64,000 nucleotides of DNA from Macrostomum lignano (taxonomy: Eukaryota). The translations under genes and the position numbers were made by a program. Under the pieces are notes generated by a model. The model worked only from the letters and a program-made list of their open reading frames with translations. It was not told the DNA's origin and did not search any database. Numbering within the stretch: the stretch's first letter is position 1; each line of letters begins with the position of its first letter. This document shows, piece after piece, positions 1 to 13,194 of this stretch. The stretch covers positions 1 to 64,000 of the forward strand of contig NIVC01003179.1 of assembly GCA_002269645.1 (NCBI GenBank), given 5' to 3'.

Positions 1-1030
1 TCGGTCTGCGCAGTTTTGTCATGCCGCTTGAGGGCCAGCAACTTTCATCTGAGAGACTGAAACCTATTGTGTTTATTGGAAATTTGGAGTTCTTACAGAA
101 AGAGTGGCAGTCGTTAAAGAACTTCCCGAAGTTGTACATGTTCCCCGGCTCGCCCATGAACCGCGTCATCCTGCGCAGCGCCAAGATCAACCTTTGCGAC
201 ATGTGCGTCATTATGAGCGCAAGTCCAAGTGAAAGAGCAAATGGATCCCTACCTAATCGGACAAGGAGGTCGTGCTGTGCACTCTCAACATTAAGGCCGA
301 TGTCATTTGCCGACGAACTGGATACAAGCGTTCAGCCCAGATGCAGGCATTTCAGAGCAAGGATGCCCAGGCGAAATCCATGATGTCCAAGGTCGCCGTG
401 CCGATTCTCACCGAAATTTTCGTGCGGAAAAAACATCCAATTCTTAGACCAAGACGACAACGACTCGGACGAGGAGGAAATCTACAACTCTCAGCCGTAC
501 GCCTGCGGCAACGCGTTCACTACTGACGTCCTGGATTCGCTCATGTCCACAGTGTTCTACAACATGAACGCCATGACCCTCATTCGAACTCTGGTGACCG
601 GTGGTGCAACGCCAGAGATGGAGGTGCTCATGGCGGAAGGCCTCAGCATGGACGGTACGGAGGCTACTCCAGAGATTGAGGCCAACAGAAACCGTTGCCG
701 CATCATGCAGCTGTCGATGTTGGACACCAGGCTGCGCCCTACGGCCAGTTTAACCTACGGCGAGCTGTTCCTGGCGTTCTGAAATCGCACGGTATTCTCT
801 GCTTCGCGTGTCTACCGGTACAGGGACAGCTACAATATGGCGAGCCGCAGACCACGAAGCGCGTAGTTGTCACGAACCCGCCAGCCGAATTCCGGCTGCT
901 TAACTCCGATTTAGTGTACTGGCTTGGTGCCGTTCCAGTGATGAAGTACAGCTTCATCACAGGAGTACATGTAGCACAGCTAACATCGTGTGAGAGTAGG
1001 TCCCGTACACTGCTCGGACCACAGTTTTAA
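1..1030 (+). CDS. slo1: Slo1/BK calcium-activated K+ channel, C-terminal RCK2/Ca-bowl region (partial, several 1-nt frameshifts)
   Basis: Three frames join into Slo1 motifs: LRSAKINLCDMCVIMSA, DKEVVLCTLNIKAMSF, PILTE..NIQFLDQDDNDSDEEEIYNSQPYACGNAFTTDVLDSLMST, NRNRCRIMQL, YGELF..LKSHGILC, KRVVVTNPPAEFRL. Indels near 258, 298, 430, 780 and 810. The 5' part lies outside the window. Confidence 0.9.
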
Positions 1031-1524
1031 TTTGTTATTTTTGCAGTAAGTTTTTGGACAATTTTCATTACCCTTAAAATTAAGCCAATTAATGAGGTCA
1101 CAAAGGATCATATTTTGTTAAATTAAAAAGAAAAGATATAATCCTTTATGGAGTAGCTAATTCAAGGTCTGCGTAAGATGAGTAAGAGATTTTTGTTGTT
1201 TTTTGACGATGATTGGTCTTTCAGATAGTATGATGGTTTTAAAGATGGGAGATTTAATGCTCTGCGATTCCTAATTATCGGTCGATGAGATTGAACTGTC
1301 GAATTTTCCTCAGATAATTCGATTGAAGCTCGAGTCTCATTTTATGTTTTTCGATTTTTACTTTAATTGGGTTGCGTTTTTTTTGCTTCTTTAATTAGCA
1401 AGCCTCACAATTTTCAAGTATTCCGAGCCCAAAACTGCTGCTTTACTGCTTTGCTTCTGACATGCACTCTTTTACTTTCCCTCTTAGATGCAAGGCTCAC
1501 AGTTTTGGAAATTGAAAACATTGC

Positions 1525-1676
1525 CAGTAGCGCAACCAGAAATTTGTTGAGGGGGGGGGCGGATTCTGGAAGGTGGCTCTGTTTTTTGGTGAAAATTCGC
1601 TTGGCCCCTTTGATTTTTTTCCGGTCTCCGCCTTAAGCCTTAGGCGACCGCCCCCCCCCCCCTGGTTGCGCCACTG
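1525..1676. mobile_element. hAT-type MITE
   Basis: TIRs CAGTAGCGCAACCAG..G-run and C-run..CTGGTTGCGCCACTG, flanked by a perfect 8-bp TSD AACATTGC (1517-1524, 1677-1684). Confidence 0.85.
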
Positions 1677-3849
1677 AACATTGCGAGTTGTTTTTGTATA
1701 AAAATCCAATCGTTTCTTCCCTTGCATCTATTTATAACAACTTGAAAATGTTCAATTAAATTTACTTCTTTTAATGGTACGAAATGCCTGCCCCCTAGCC
1801 TAAAACTATAACGCTCTAGCAGTATACTGCAATGGTCCTTTCCTAAAACCTGTGTGCCGCCGAATAGTGCCGTGACCGACCTTATTGTCGTGATCTTTTT
1901 TTTTCTACTGCACTATATGATGCATCTATTCTATCTTTTCGTTTAAATTTCAAAATACCATCGACGTTTAAACATTGAGGGATGAAATATAGAATTAAGG
2001 CATAGCATAACTGATGCAACAGTCGACCGAGCTGAATTTTAAATTTCAAAAGATTAAATTCATTTTATAACTGTTTAACACCACGAACAAGATCATGTGT
2101 ATTTTAGGATTGGTTCAAACAATAAAAGTTCGGACTGTAAGCATTCAGGATCGATTGCTATGTACGTAGTTTTACAAGCATCTAACAGTTTAATGTAGTG
2201 TTTCACAAAATCAATGTATTTATTCACATATAATAATTTTTTTCTTTCGACAGAAAATAAATTTGGAACGAATGTTTAGCTAGGTGTCTTTATATATTTA
2301 CATGTAAGCCGTATTTTTGTTGTCATCACCTCTGAGCTCTGGCTCAGCTTAGTTAAGCTAAATGAAGTTAATCTTCCTGTTTTTAACTGTGAAATGAAAT
2401 GAAATCATATATAGCCAAAAACGAAGAAATCTGCTGGGATAAGTTGCCAGATGATTGCCAGAGCAGAGGTAAGTAATATAGGGGCCATGCAATGTGTAGT
2501 ACATGAACTGTAGATAGGGTAGTACACGGAAACCGTAGTAGTAGGATCCCTTAGACTTGGAAAATATCTCAAATTTAAATATCCGCTCGAAGTCGAAGGA
2601 ATCATTAAAAGAGACCAGACTTGAGCAAAAAGCGAATAATTCCAACTAAAATTAATTATTTTTTTCAGTAAACCATATTGTGTCAGGAACGCGGAATACA
2701 TTCGATAATGATCCTTGTTACGTACATTCGAAAAGGAGGATCAGAAAGGAGTTATATTTGGAAATTTGATTGAAATGAAATGAGTCACATTACATGATCC
2801 TTTGTAGTGTTTCAATTTTGTCATAACTTTGATTGTTTAAGCTGTCAAGGCTCATGCATCCAGGGAAATTTAACCATAGGCAGACGGATGGCCGTTTTCG
2901 TCCATTCTGTCTACCTCCAAGCTAGACGGCATAAATCAATCTCTATGGGCCAGATTTGTTGGATTTTTTACCACAGCCGTTCCGACGACTAGAGGCCGAA
3001 AACGGCCATATAAATATTATGTATAAGGACTACTGACTGCTATATATAACCATATTTATAATCAATAGAATTTCATTCCTTCATCTAGGCGGGAACGGTG
3101 GTAGCAGCAACATTTATGATCGTAAATTTGAAAACTGTCTATGGCTGTTTTCGGCCTATCCGTCGGGAACGGTTATAAGCGCCTAAAACTGCAGTCAAAT
3201 AGAGGTTAAAGAGGTGAAAATTTGCTTAATTTGAAGTTGCGATTAAAATTGACCCAAGTATATGTATTATCGGGAAAAAGTAGTCTTTATTTTGACGAGC
3301 TCTGTTTTTTTTAAAAGTAAAAAATACTTCTTTAATACTACTTATAAATTTTACAAGTCACGTCTAAGCTCGCAACCTTTCAGTTGTTATAATAAGATAA
3401 AAATTTAAACAGCCAAAACAATGTTTAGCGTGCTGATCGATCGCGCGGGCTCGATCATTGAGATCTAGATCGGCCTACGGTTCAGGCCTATCTGGAGTCT
3501 AGACTAAGCACTACTTTTTATGACTCATGATTGCAAGTAACAGGATTAAATGACTCCCTCACGAATATACATCTAGGCATAATAGTGTTCGTTGGTTATT
3601 GAAGTTAAAGAAATGTGCATAAATTGTAAAGCAGCGCTGGTTTTATTTTTATCTATTTTTCAATTAATAAATGTCTCCTTTAAAATAGGCCTAGGCCCCT
3701 ACTTGTTAACATCCACTATACCAATACTAGTAATAATAACAAAATTAGTTTTGTTACTCTATAATAGCAAAATTTTAACTTAGGATAAGCCTAAGCCTAT
3801 TTTATTTCTGTGTAGCATTTTAATAAATTTATAGGCCTAGGCAGACTAA

Positions 3850-5080
3850 GGCAGTGCATATCCCCACGGTACTGTAGGAATAATTTCTGTCTTATTCCAA
3901 CAGTACTGTGGGAATAATTTTCTGCTTATCCACACAGCACACTAACAAGATAGCTGCCCCATCTTTTACATATGCCATGGTAATAATTTTCTGCTTATCC
4001 GCACGGCATACTGACAAGATAGCTGCCATATCTTTTACATATATATGCTGTACGTGAATAGTTTATAGCTTTTTAAAGGGAATTTAAATTGAGGATACTA
4101 AGAAGCTGTTGATCTGGATCAACACCATGACCAGCGTTTTTGGCATTCTTTTGTCTTACGATGCCTGCTATGCATTTCAAATGGACGGCCCCTGTTCGTT
4201 TTATGATGCCCATAGAAAGCATATGGCATAGGCGTGATGGTGTAGTTTCTGTATAATTTTTGTTTTATAGCTATACACATATTTTGTATTTCGTATACTT
4301 GATAGATTGTTGTTCATTAATGAAAGGCAAGTTATATATTCTGTTTCGTTTTACGATGCCTTTGGTGTAATTCAGTCTATTATAAGCATCGCAAAACGAA
4401 AGTGAGGGGGGTTATTTTGGGTCCTTAAATTGGTTTACCACTTTTGTCTCCTCTTCTTTATCAATTCTCAGGACTCTTCATATAATGTATAAGTTCAAGT
4501 CCAAGAGTGCTGCTATAATATCCATTTCGTTTAGCAATGCCCCAGACGTTGTAATTATTCATAAGGCATCATAAAACAAAACTGATTATAATGGCTCGAT
4601 AGCTTCAGTTGCTAATGAGGGTGGACACAATGTTAAAGTATGTGAGTCGTGACATTTCCGTGGAAATACAGTTAGAAGTACAAACCAACTGTGTGACTGA
4701 ATTTAAGACCTCTGAAACACTGCTCTCTTCCATTGTAAAGTATACATTTTTAAACCCTTCTTGCTTATTTAACATGGGCATTGTAAGACGAAACAGATAC
4801 AATTTTGGGCATCATAAGATGAAAGAATGCTGCGTTTTTTTGTATTAAAAAAGCTATTAAATCTTTATTTCTATTAAACAAATTGTCAAGCAAAGTTATG
4901 TTGTTAGGCCTATACTGCACTTAAATCGTAAGTGCTGAACTAAATTATCCCACAGCACATGTAAAAGATAGGCCAGCTATCTTGTCAGTGTGCCATGCGG
5001 ATAAATAGAAAATTATTCCCATGGTACCATTGGAACAAGACAGAAATTATTCCTATGGTACCGTGGGGATAAGCACTGCC
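3850..5080. mobile_element. Non-autonomous DNA transposon with long (~130 bp) TIRs
   Basis: GGCAGTGCATATCCCCACGGTAC... at 3850 is the inverse of ...GTACCGTGGGGATAAGCACTGCC ending at 5080. Inverted homology extends to about 3970 and 4950. No coding capacity; TSD not resolved. Confidence 0.75.
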
Positions 5081-5202
5081 AAATTTATATGACTGTCATC
5101 TTTGAGTATACTATTAGGGCCTAATGTTACAAAATATTTTTAATAGGACCATTAGGCAATTAAAAGTTAGAACTGGCTTGAGCAAGGAAGTGAACTTCTT
5201 AA

Positions 5203-5987
5203 GGCTCATTCCATATAAGATGGACATATTTGGAAAATAGAAAAAAGTCAATATTTTTGCTTGCCATTGCCTAATTAGCCTATTTTTTTACCAAATGTTT
5301 ATATTGTGCAATATATACAATCTAAGAATAAAGGAATGGTAAAATGTTGGATTAGTATGTTATCAATTGGCAAAAAGTCATTTTTGTAAAAATTTGGACA
5401 TTTTTCGAAGCAAAAGACATCATTAAGATTTTGTACCTTTTAAAAACAAATAGAAAGCTTTTGAAGGTTGAAACAAACTATAGATAAAAGTATAGTACTT
5501 GCATCATCAGATAAAAGCATTGGTGACCAAATAATCTATTATATTTTTAATGTATTAGTACCTCAAAGTTACTGAATTGACAGAAAAAAATATGTTACGA
5601 CCATAATGTTACGACCATAAGGCTGCCTTTTCTTTTGTATCTTTGTTGCCTTTGAGTTTATATATTCTAATAAAAGAGTATGATTTCTAAAGATGTTCTT
5701 AGTCAAATTTTAAAAATGTATTGCAAAATATCAAAAATGAAAAATGTTATAAGACTTTTACCTTTTAGTTTCTATATGTCAAAAATCCTGTCGTTACGAC
5801 CATAAGTGTCATTTAAGGTTTAATAGCATCTATACTAATGATGATATCTATATGAAACTCTATAAATATATTCTAGACAAAATAATCTTTCATTTAAAAT
5901 ATTGGTTTAGTATATTCTATTATTAGATTTCATTTTATAAGTAAAAATAACCTGTCATGTTACGACCATGCTTATATGGAATGAGCC
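5203..5987. mobile_element. Kolobok-type non-autonomous DNA transposon
   Basis: Perfect TIR GGCTCATTCCATATAAG / CTTATATGGAATGAGCC flanked by TTAA on both sides (5199-5202, 5988-5991). GG termini with a TTAA TSD fit Kolobok better than piggyBac. Internal GTTACGACCAT repeats. Confidence 0.8.
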
Positions 5988-6045
5988 TTAATACTTCTGA
6001 TTTTAATTTTTATAAAATTGTTTTTTTAATTATTAATAGTATAGG

Positions 6046-6324
6046 CAGTGGCAGATCTAGAGTTTCATTTTGGAGGGAGGGCAGTCCAAGTTTTGGGTGT
6101 CAATAAGGAGTATGAGAAGCGCCAATTTTTAAGCTAAAAGGTCCAAAAAATGTGTGTAAAGGGCAAAAAATCAAGCTTAAGGGCCCAAAAAAGGCATTTA
6201 GATGTGAAAAATCAAGTTTAAGGGGTGTAAATTTAGGTTTTTTTGGGGGGTGCTATATGTTTTGTCAAGCTATTTGAGGGGGGCAGCCCTATCTCCCCCC
6301 ACTCCTCCCCTAAATTTGTCCCTG
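6046..6324. mobile_element. Degenerate hAT-type MITE
   Basis: CAGTGGCAGATCTAG start, ...AAATTTGTCCCTG end. Near-identical 8-bp flanks AGTATAGG / AATATAGG. A related terminus (CAGTGGCAGATCCAG) occurs near 11543. Confidence 0.55.
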
Positions 6325-7921
6325 AATATAGGTTAAGCCTAAATTAAAGACTAGTGAGAATTTAAAACTTATAAATTTCTAACTTTTGAGTATAAGGCCT
6401 ATAATAGGCCTATCATAGATAAAATATTAATATTCTCAAATTGTTTATTAAACTATTTTTTCAATGTTTCTCACATTTTCTCTATTTTAGAAGCATGTTT
6501 AGATATCCTTCAAGCTATAAAACAGTAAAAGTAATAACATTGTTTTTTGAGCACTTTTTCCATCTTTAGCAATTCCTAAAAATTCTTAACATTTTAAGGG
6601 CAGCCTCCTAATATAGTGTTAAAGACTTGATAGTTAATGGTCTTAGCAAAAACATAAGTCTAGTTACTTAGACTTCCTTTCCCTCTAACCAATTCATCCC
6701 TTTGGACCATAGACACTTCCAATGGTTTCCATGCATTTTGGTGCCCATGCTTTTTGGTGCCCTAGTTTATGACACCAAAATGATGATAATAAAAAAGAAA
6801 TTCTATAAAAACTATAATAAATACTTTACAAAACATTTGATATTCCTAATAAAAATAGTACATGTTAATTTTGTTAAACTGGTGCATTTCTTAAATTTGG
6901 AAAAAAATGGCTAATTTAACTGCATGCATTTGCTATACGACGTACCATGTAAATATGCAATATAAGCTGGCTGCACTTAGCAAGCGTGCTAGTGCTATGA
7001 AGACTTAGTTTGGTAAATTTGAAATCCATCAACAATGCTACATGTAGCTTTGATGGAAATTATGAAATATGACAATTCTATACATGTATTTTAGTTAGTA
7101 TTGATTTTTTGAATCATACAAATGTTTCTTTTCACAAAACTGCCTAAGAAATGAAGCAAATATTATTTACTGAACTGAAATATTTTGGGGCATAACTTTT
7201 GAACCAAAATCTGTAAGATTTTTTACAAGCGCATTTGGGACATTATTTTGAAATTTTGATGCGGCGGAGATGTGGCTATAGCGTCATGGTCAAGTACATA
7301 CAATCAAGTAATCAAAAATCATTTTTTAATTAAAACACTAGGTCAGCTTAACAAAATGACCTTAGTTTTTCAAAGTAAATAAGAACTAAAAAGACAAAGC
7401 ACTTATTACTACATTAGGGCTTAATTTCTATATTTTTGTGTCCAATTCTAATGTATAATTTGGGCACCGAAAAGCAATTTGGGGCACCAAAATGCCAGGC
7501 ACCAAAATGCCAGGCACCAAAAAGCGTGGATACCCTTCCAACAAGCATTAGTGCCATGTCAAACAATACATGTCTGATTTATCCTTTTTGTTTGCAACTT
7601 AGCCTTGTACTTTTCAGTTAGCCAATTCCTTTTGTCTACCATGCTCTTCTCTACAGACAATCTCAGCTGTTAATTTATCACAAATATTTCAGCTAACCTG
7701 TTTGCTAGTTAATATAAATAATATAAGTTTAACTTATAGCCTTTACTTCTTTTTTGCCCCACTCTAGTTTAAAGATGGAAAAAAGTGCTTAAAAAACAGT
7801 TGTTAATTTTATTGTTTTAATAGCTTAAAGGATGTCTAAACATGCTAAAATCAGCTTCTAAAGTGGAGAAAACGCAAAAAACATCCTCTAAAAACAAGTG
7901 GCTGACAAAATTATTGATACT

Positions 7922-8215
7922 CATAGTCTGTAACAACTACTCTCTTGACTTGTTCGAGGATTTATTAACCCTCAACAAGATTACCAACACTTGTAGTCTG
8001 TAACAACTACTCTCTTGACTTGTTTAAGGATTTATTAACCCTCAACAAGATTACCAACATTTGTAGTCTGTAACGACTACTCTCTTGACTTGTTCAAGGA
8101 TTTATTAACCCTCAACAAGATTACCAACACTTGTAGTCTATAACAACTACTCTCTTGACTTGTTTGAGGATTTATTAACCCTCGACAAGATTACCAACAC
8201 TACTCTCTTGACTTG
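7922..8215. repeat. 70-bp tandem repeat (~4 copies) with internal hairpin
   Basis: Unit TAGTCTGTAACAACTACTCTCTTGACTTGTTCGAGGATTTATTAACCCTCAACAAGATTACCAACACTTG recurs at a 70-bp period. Confidence 0.9.
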
Positions 8216-8235
8216 ATCTGCTCACGGCTAGTGCA

Positions 8236-9170
8236 ATTGCAAACACCTTAGATAAACCAATGGAGCATACACCGACAAAAATTTGATTAGCATCTATCTT
8301 AATAGGAAATTTGCTTTGCCTATTAGGCCAGTTAGAGCTATTTGGAACTATGCCACAGTCTCCATTTAGACACGCACAATATGGTTGGCTGACTTATGTT
8401 TCTAATTGTCAAATATGACAATAGAATCATTCAGCCCATTGACACACTAAGCAGCTATGATAGACTATATGCTAATGATAGTCAAACCTCTTGCACACAA
8501 TCAGGATGCAACAATTTTTCAATTGTCACCTGTATGGAGGATGAGCACAGCCTCACATTATGGACGCTACAATGCCTCCAAAAAGCAGATCAATTCACCT
8601 TGCAATTTTGAGGCTTTATTATCCCTCAGATTAAAGATTGACCCACATAGTCAAATAAAAGTGACTACTCTTAGCAGCTGCCTTGAGCCACAACAGATGC
8701 AAGGGTTTGTAGGTTAGCATTTTCAGTCAACTGCTCAACTCTAATTTATTGGCTGAAGCAGGGTTCCATTATCCCTTGCTGGTGGCCATATACCAACACT
8801 GCAGACACTTTAGACAACCCAATGGAGCATGCTCTAGCAAGAGCTAGAATAACGTCTATCTTAAAAAAGAAACGCTACCTTAGAACTGGGCTAGTAAGAG
8901 CTTTTGGAACCATGCCATAGCTCCATCTAGACACCCAGCTGCACTAGACAGGGTAATCTGATATACTAAATAACCATGACAGACTATATGCCATTGGGAG
9001 TCAAACCTCTCTAGCACAATAAGAATGCAATAGTTTGTCAAAGAGCCAACAAAGCTATCACCTGCAAGGAGGGTGGGCAGAGCCTCACATTACAAGCACT
9101 AGCGTTTGTTGATATATGGCACTTCACCCCTCACAGTTTAGCTTAGTAGTTACCTTGAGTCCCACTAGAA
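8236..9170. repeat. Old diverged tandem duplication (~570-bp unit)
   Basis: Collinear matching blocks: AACCAATGGAGCAT (8256) and ACCCAATGGAGCAT (8817), TTGGAACTATGCCA and TTGGAACCATGCCA, GTCAAACCTCT twice, AGCCTCACATTA twice. Confidence 0.7.
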
Positions 9171-9174
9171 GCAA

Positions 9175-9510
9175 GGATTGATTATCTATTGCAGGTCAGC
9201 ATAGCAGTTGCCTTGAGCCACAACAGAAGCAAAGATTGATTATCCATCACAGGTCAGCATAGCAACTGCCTTGAGCCACAATAGAAGCGAAGATTGATTA
9301 TCTATCGCAGGTCAACATAGCAGCTACCTTGAGCCACAATAGAAGCAAAGATTGATTATCCATCGCAGGTCAACATAGTAGCTGCCTTGAGCCACAACAA
9401 AAGTGAGGATTGATTATCCATTGCAAGTTAGCATAGCAGCTGCCTTCAGCCACAACAGAAGCAAGGATTGATTATCCATTGCAGGTTAGCATAGCAGCTG
9501 CCTTGAGCCA
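9175..9510. repeat. ~59-bp tandem repeat (~5-6 copies)
   Basis: Unit approximately GATTGATTATCCATCGCAGGTCAGCATAGCAGCTGCCTTGAGCCACAACAGAAGCAAA. Confidence 0.9.
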
Positions 9511-9889
9511 CAACAGACAGGAAGACTAGTCTTATCTGTAACTTCATCGAGATTTGGGTCAATGGGAGCTGATCCCTGTGGATTTGCTAGATCACTTGGT
9601 CTAGATCACTGAGGAATTCCGACTGAACTCCCAAAATCTTATTCAGAACATTTTCATTTGGAAAACCTAAAATTTGGGTCTACAATCAGAATTTAGCAGT
9701 GTTCCAAGTGAAAAATTTTGAAAAATGCAGCTGGAACAGCTTTCCTTTTTCCAAACTTTTGCAGGTCACATTTTCTAGAAAAATGGCTATTTTGGGCCAA
9801 AAATTCTGATTTTGGCCTTCACTTGGAACTCAATTAATAAATTGGGCCCGGATCATAAAATTCTGTGTGAAAAGTACAATGGGTTCTTA

Positions 9890-10370
9890 CAGACCGGATA
9901 ATACTAAGGCATCTTGATTGAAATCTTGTACTGTTATCCGCTTTTCAAACAAGATTCGCACCATGTTACCTTATAAAATTCCGATTCAAACAAAGATTCA
10001 ATCAACCAAGATAACAGAGAATTATCTGGTGGCAAATCTTGAATTGTTATCTGATTTTCAAAAAAGATTTTCACTTTGTTATCCTGTAAAATTCAGATAA
10101 CTCACCAGATAACAGTCAAACAAGAAAAAAATATCTGGTGGTGAATCTTGTCATGTAATCTGATTTCTAAACAAGATTTGGGCCATGTTATCTGGTGAAA
10201 TTCAGATAACTTACTAGATAACAGGCAAACCAGATAACTCTAAAGTTACCTAGTGACAAATCTGGTGGTTTCACTAGTTTCACACCTCAAACAAGGAAAT
10301 CGGTAGTGAATCTGACAAGATTTGCAAATTATCTTATGGTGTTATCTGGTTTATTTACCAGAAGGTAGCC
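9890..10370. mobile_element. Decayed DNA-transposon remnant with dispersed GTTATCTGG/CCAGATAAC motifs
   Basis: Many direct and inverted copies of (A)CCAGATAAC, resembling subterminal repeats. Ends are not resolvable. Confidence 0.35.
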
Positions 10371-12214
10371 ACAATGCTATATTAGAAAATTTAGAAATTG
10401 AGACAAATGGTCAGACACCTTTTGTCCACTTATTCCAATAAGGCCTAGGCCTGCAAAAAATTTTTGTTGTGTAACAGGGCTAAACTTTTTTATTGAAATC
10501 CTACCATTAAGCTACTAGCTATAACAGGCATCTTGCTTCTCTATATTATAATCTTTCCATTAAGTTTCCAAAGTTAGATTAATAGTTTTTATAGTACCTG
10601 TACTTTTATAGATATTTGTACTTCTGGTTGCATATATATCTTTTGGTAGTAAATAGGCCTATATTTATCTACTGGTAGCATATGTATTTGTACTGTACTT
10701 TTGGCCTGAGCAATCTTATGGCACTGTCTACCCTATCCCTATGCTCCTCTAAGAAATTTTATTCTTTCAGTCCTGGGCATTCCCAGGATCAGAGGGTCAC
10801 AGCTTACTTGCTGGGTATTCTGCCCTAAGGCAGGTTTCTCAGATTCTGAGTCTAGATTACTCTACCCTATGGTAGGATTTCTGCCTTCTAAAGGCAATTT
10901 CTCATATTCTAAATCTGGATATCTCATTCTCTGAGAATGGATTAAACTCTCCCAATCTTGGGGCTATTCCAAGTTGCTATCTACTACTCAAAATAAGTAA
11001 CACAAGCAAATACAAGCCCTGAGGCTGATTTTACTTTCATCTCACATGAAGTAATAGGCTTTGAAAAACTGAACTAGAACAAGTTCAAAACAAGCTGAAC
11101 AATTTTTATTATTTTTCTGGCTCTCAACTGGCTTCCTTTTATAGTAAAAGTTTTCCTACCATTTAAAACAAAACAGGAATATATATAATATATAAAATAT
11201 ATGGAACATAAGAAATATTTTTAATATTTGCATAATATAACAACAGTAGTATTTTTGAAATGCAATTTTCTAAGACACTTTGTAGTAAATATTGGGGCCT
11301 ATTAAAACTGTTTTTTTATTGGCTTCTAGGCCTAATGTATTTTGCAGAAATTTTTGCAGATAATTTTGCAATAAAAATTTCTTACTTTTTTATTCCTTAT
11401 CCAATTTTTATGTGTGATACCTCATTCTTTTGCATTTTTCTATATTTTCAACTTTCAAGAATTAAATTTTTGATTATATGTTATTTTCATATTTTTCATT
11501 TGTATTCTTCCACTCTGTAGTTACTATTTGCCCATCACATTCAGTGGCAGATCCAGACGGGGGTGGAGGGGATTTATATGAAAAAAAAACAAATAAATAT
11601 CCTTCCTTTTAATACTAAAGGTAATTTTGTGTTGTTTTAACTTATGTTCATAATGGATACCCAATTAGTAACTTGCTTCAAGTTTTATAAAAATTTAAGT
11701 AATAGAAGTAGCTTTAAATACCAAAACTTGAAAAAGTTATAGATATGACTACTATATCTTAGTTAAAAGTTTTTCTTATAAATTTCTATTTATAAGAAAA
11801 TCCTATTTCATTTTCTCATGATAATTATTGATTGAATGATTATCATGAGATTGATTGATTGATTATAGTTTTTTTGGCTATTCTTAAATGAAAAATCTTT
11901 GTTTATGTTTTTTTAGATAGATTTTTAGATAGATGTTGCCTTTATATCAATTATAGATAGTTGAGCTTGCATATGTAAAGTTCTAGAAGCATTGGTGCAC
12001 CTATATATGAGAAGCGAAATAAGGGATGCTTTTGATATCTTTTCTGTTATCTGCTTACCTAGGTACCTTTGTCCATAGTCAGATCATGTTCTGCAATGGA
12101 CATTCCCTACTTCGGTAGCAGTTTTTTTGTAAACAAGAGCTAAGTTTCACCATGTCAAAATAGCAATTCATCACTGCTCCAGTTGGCAGTCCCTGGGTAC
12201 CGCGCGACACCTCC

Positions 12215-12663
12215 ATGGCAACAATCAGAGCAGTTGGCGGAGGTGACGAGTGCTCCGGCATAGCCCTGGCCCGGCTAAGCGAGGAGCGCAAAGCCTGGCG
12301 AAAGGATCATCCATTTGGCTTTGTTGCCAAGCCGACTACTAATCCAGACGGCACGATGAACTTGATGATTTGGGACTGCAAGATTCCCGGCAAGAAGTCC
12401 ACCATCTGGGAGGAGGGCCTGTATACCTTGCGCATGTATTTCAAAGAGGATTATCCAAGCTCGCCGCCAAAGTGCAAGTTCGAGCCGCCTCTATTCCACC
12501 CGAACGTGTACCCGTCTGGCACTGTGTGCCTCTCACTGCTTGACGAAGAGAAGGACTGGCGCGCCGCCGTCACGGTCAAGCAGATCCTGCTGGGCATACA
12601 GGAGCTGCTGGACTCGCCAAATATTAAAGACCCAGCTCAGGCTGATGCCTACACCTGCTTTAT
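12215..12663 (+). CDS. UBC9: SUMO-conjugating enzyme Ubc9, exon 1
   Basis: [43 protein letters not shown] (catalytic Cys), [11 protein letters not shown]. Donor AT|GTGAGT at 12664. Confidence 0.97.
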
Positions 12664-13194
12664 GTGAGTTTTGCTAATTCTTAGTTAAAACAGCGAGTTT
12701 TTAGGGTTGGCACCTGTGCGTGCAGCAGTTGCTGTGGGGAAGGGAGGCTGTTCCGTCTGTCTCTATGGCTGTCTCTGACTCTGCTTGTCTATGTCTATCT
12801 CTGGCTGTCTGTCCGTCTCTTTGTGATTGACTGCCTGTGCCTGTCCTGTTTGTGTTTCTGTCTATGTGTCTGTCTGTCTATGACTGTCTGTTTGTCTGTC
12901 TGTCTTTCTGTCTGTGTTTGTCTGCCTGTCTGCCTTTCCGTTTAAGATGCAGAAAGTCTGACAAACAGGAAAATTTATTGCAGTCAATACGGCTAGATGC
13001 AAACTGCAGACTTTAAATTTTAAAGTGCTTGAAATCTTTGAACCAATTTTGGCTAAGTGAAATTCAGATTTTGATTTCAAGAATTAAAGCGAATAAAAAA
13101 CCAGCTGATGTTAAAGTACAAGAGATTAACAAGCCAAAGAGCGCGTACTGCCCGCCTGTCTCCTTATTTTATTCCACACTGCCTGGTATTTCAG

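Noticed and set aside
2871-3209. piggyBac-like MITE between two TTAA sites
   Set aside because: The terminal inverted match is too weak to support.
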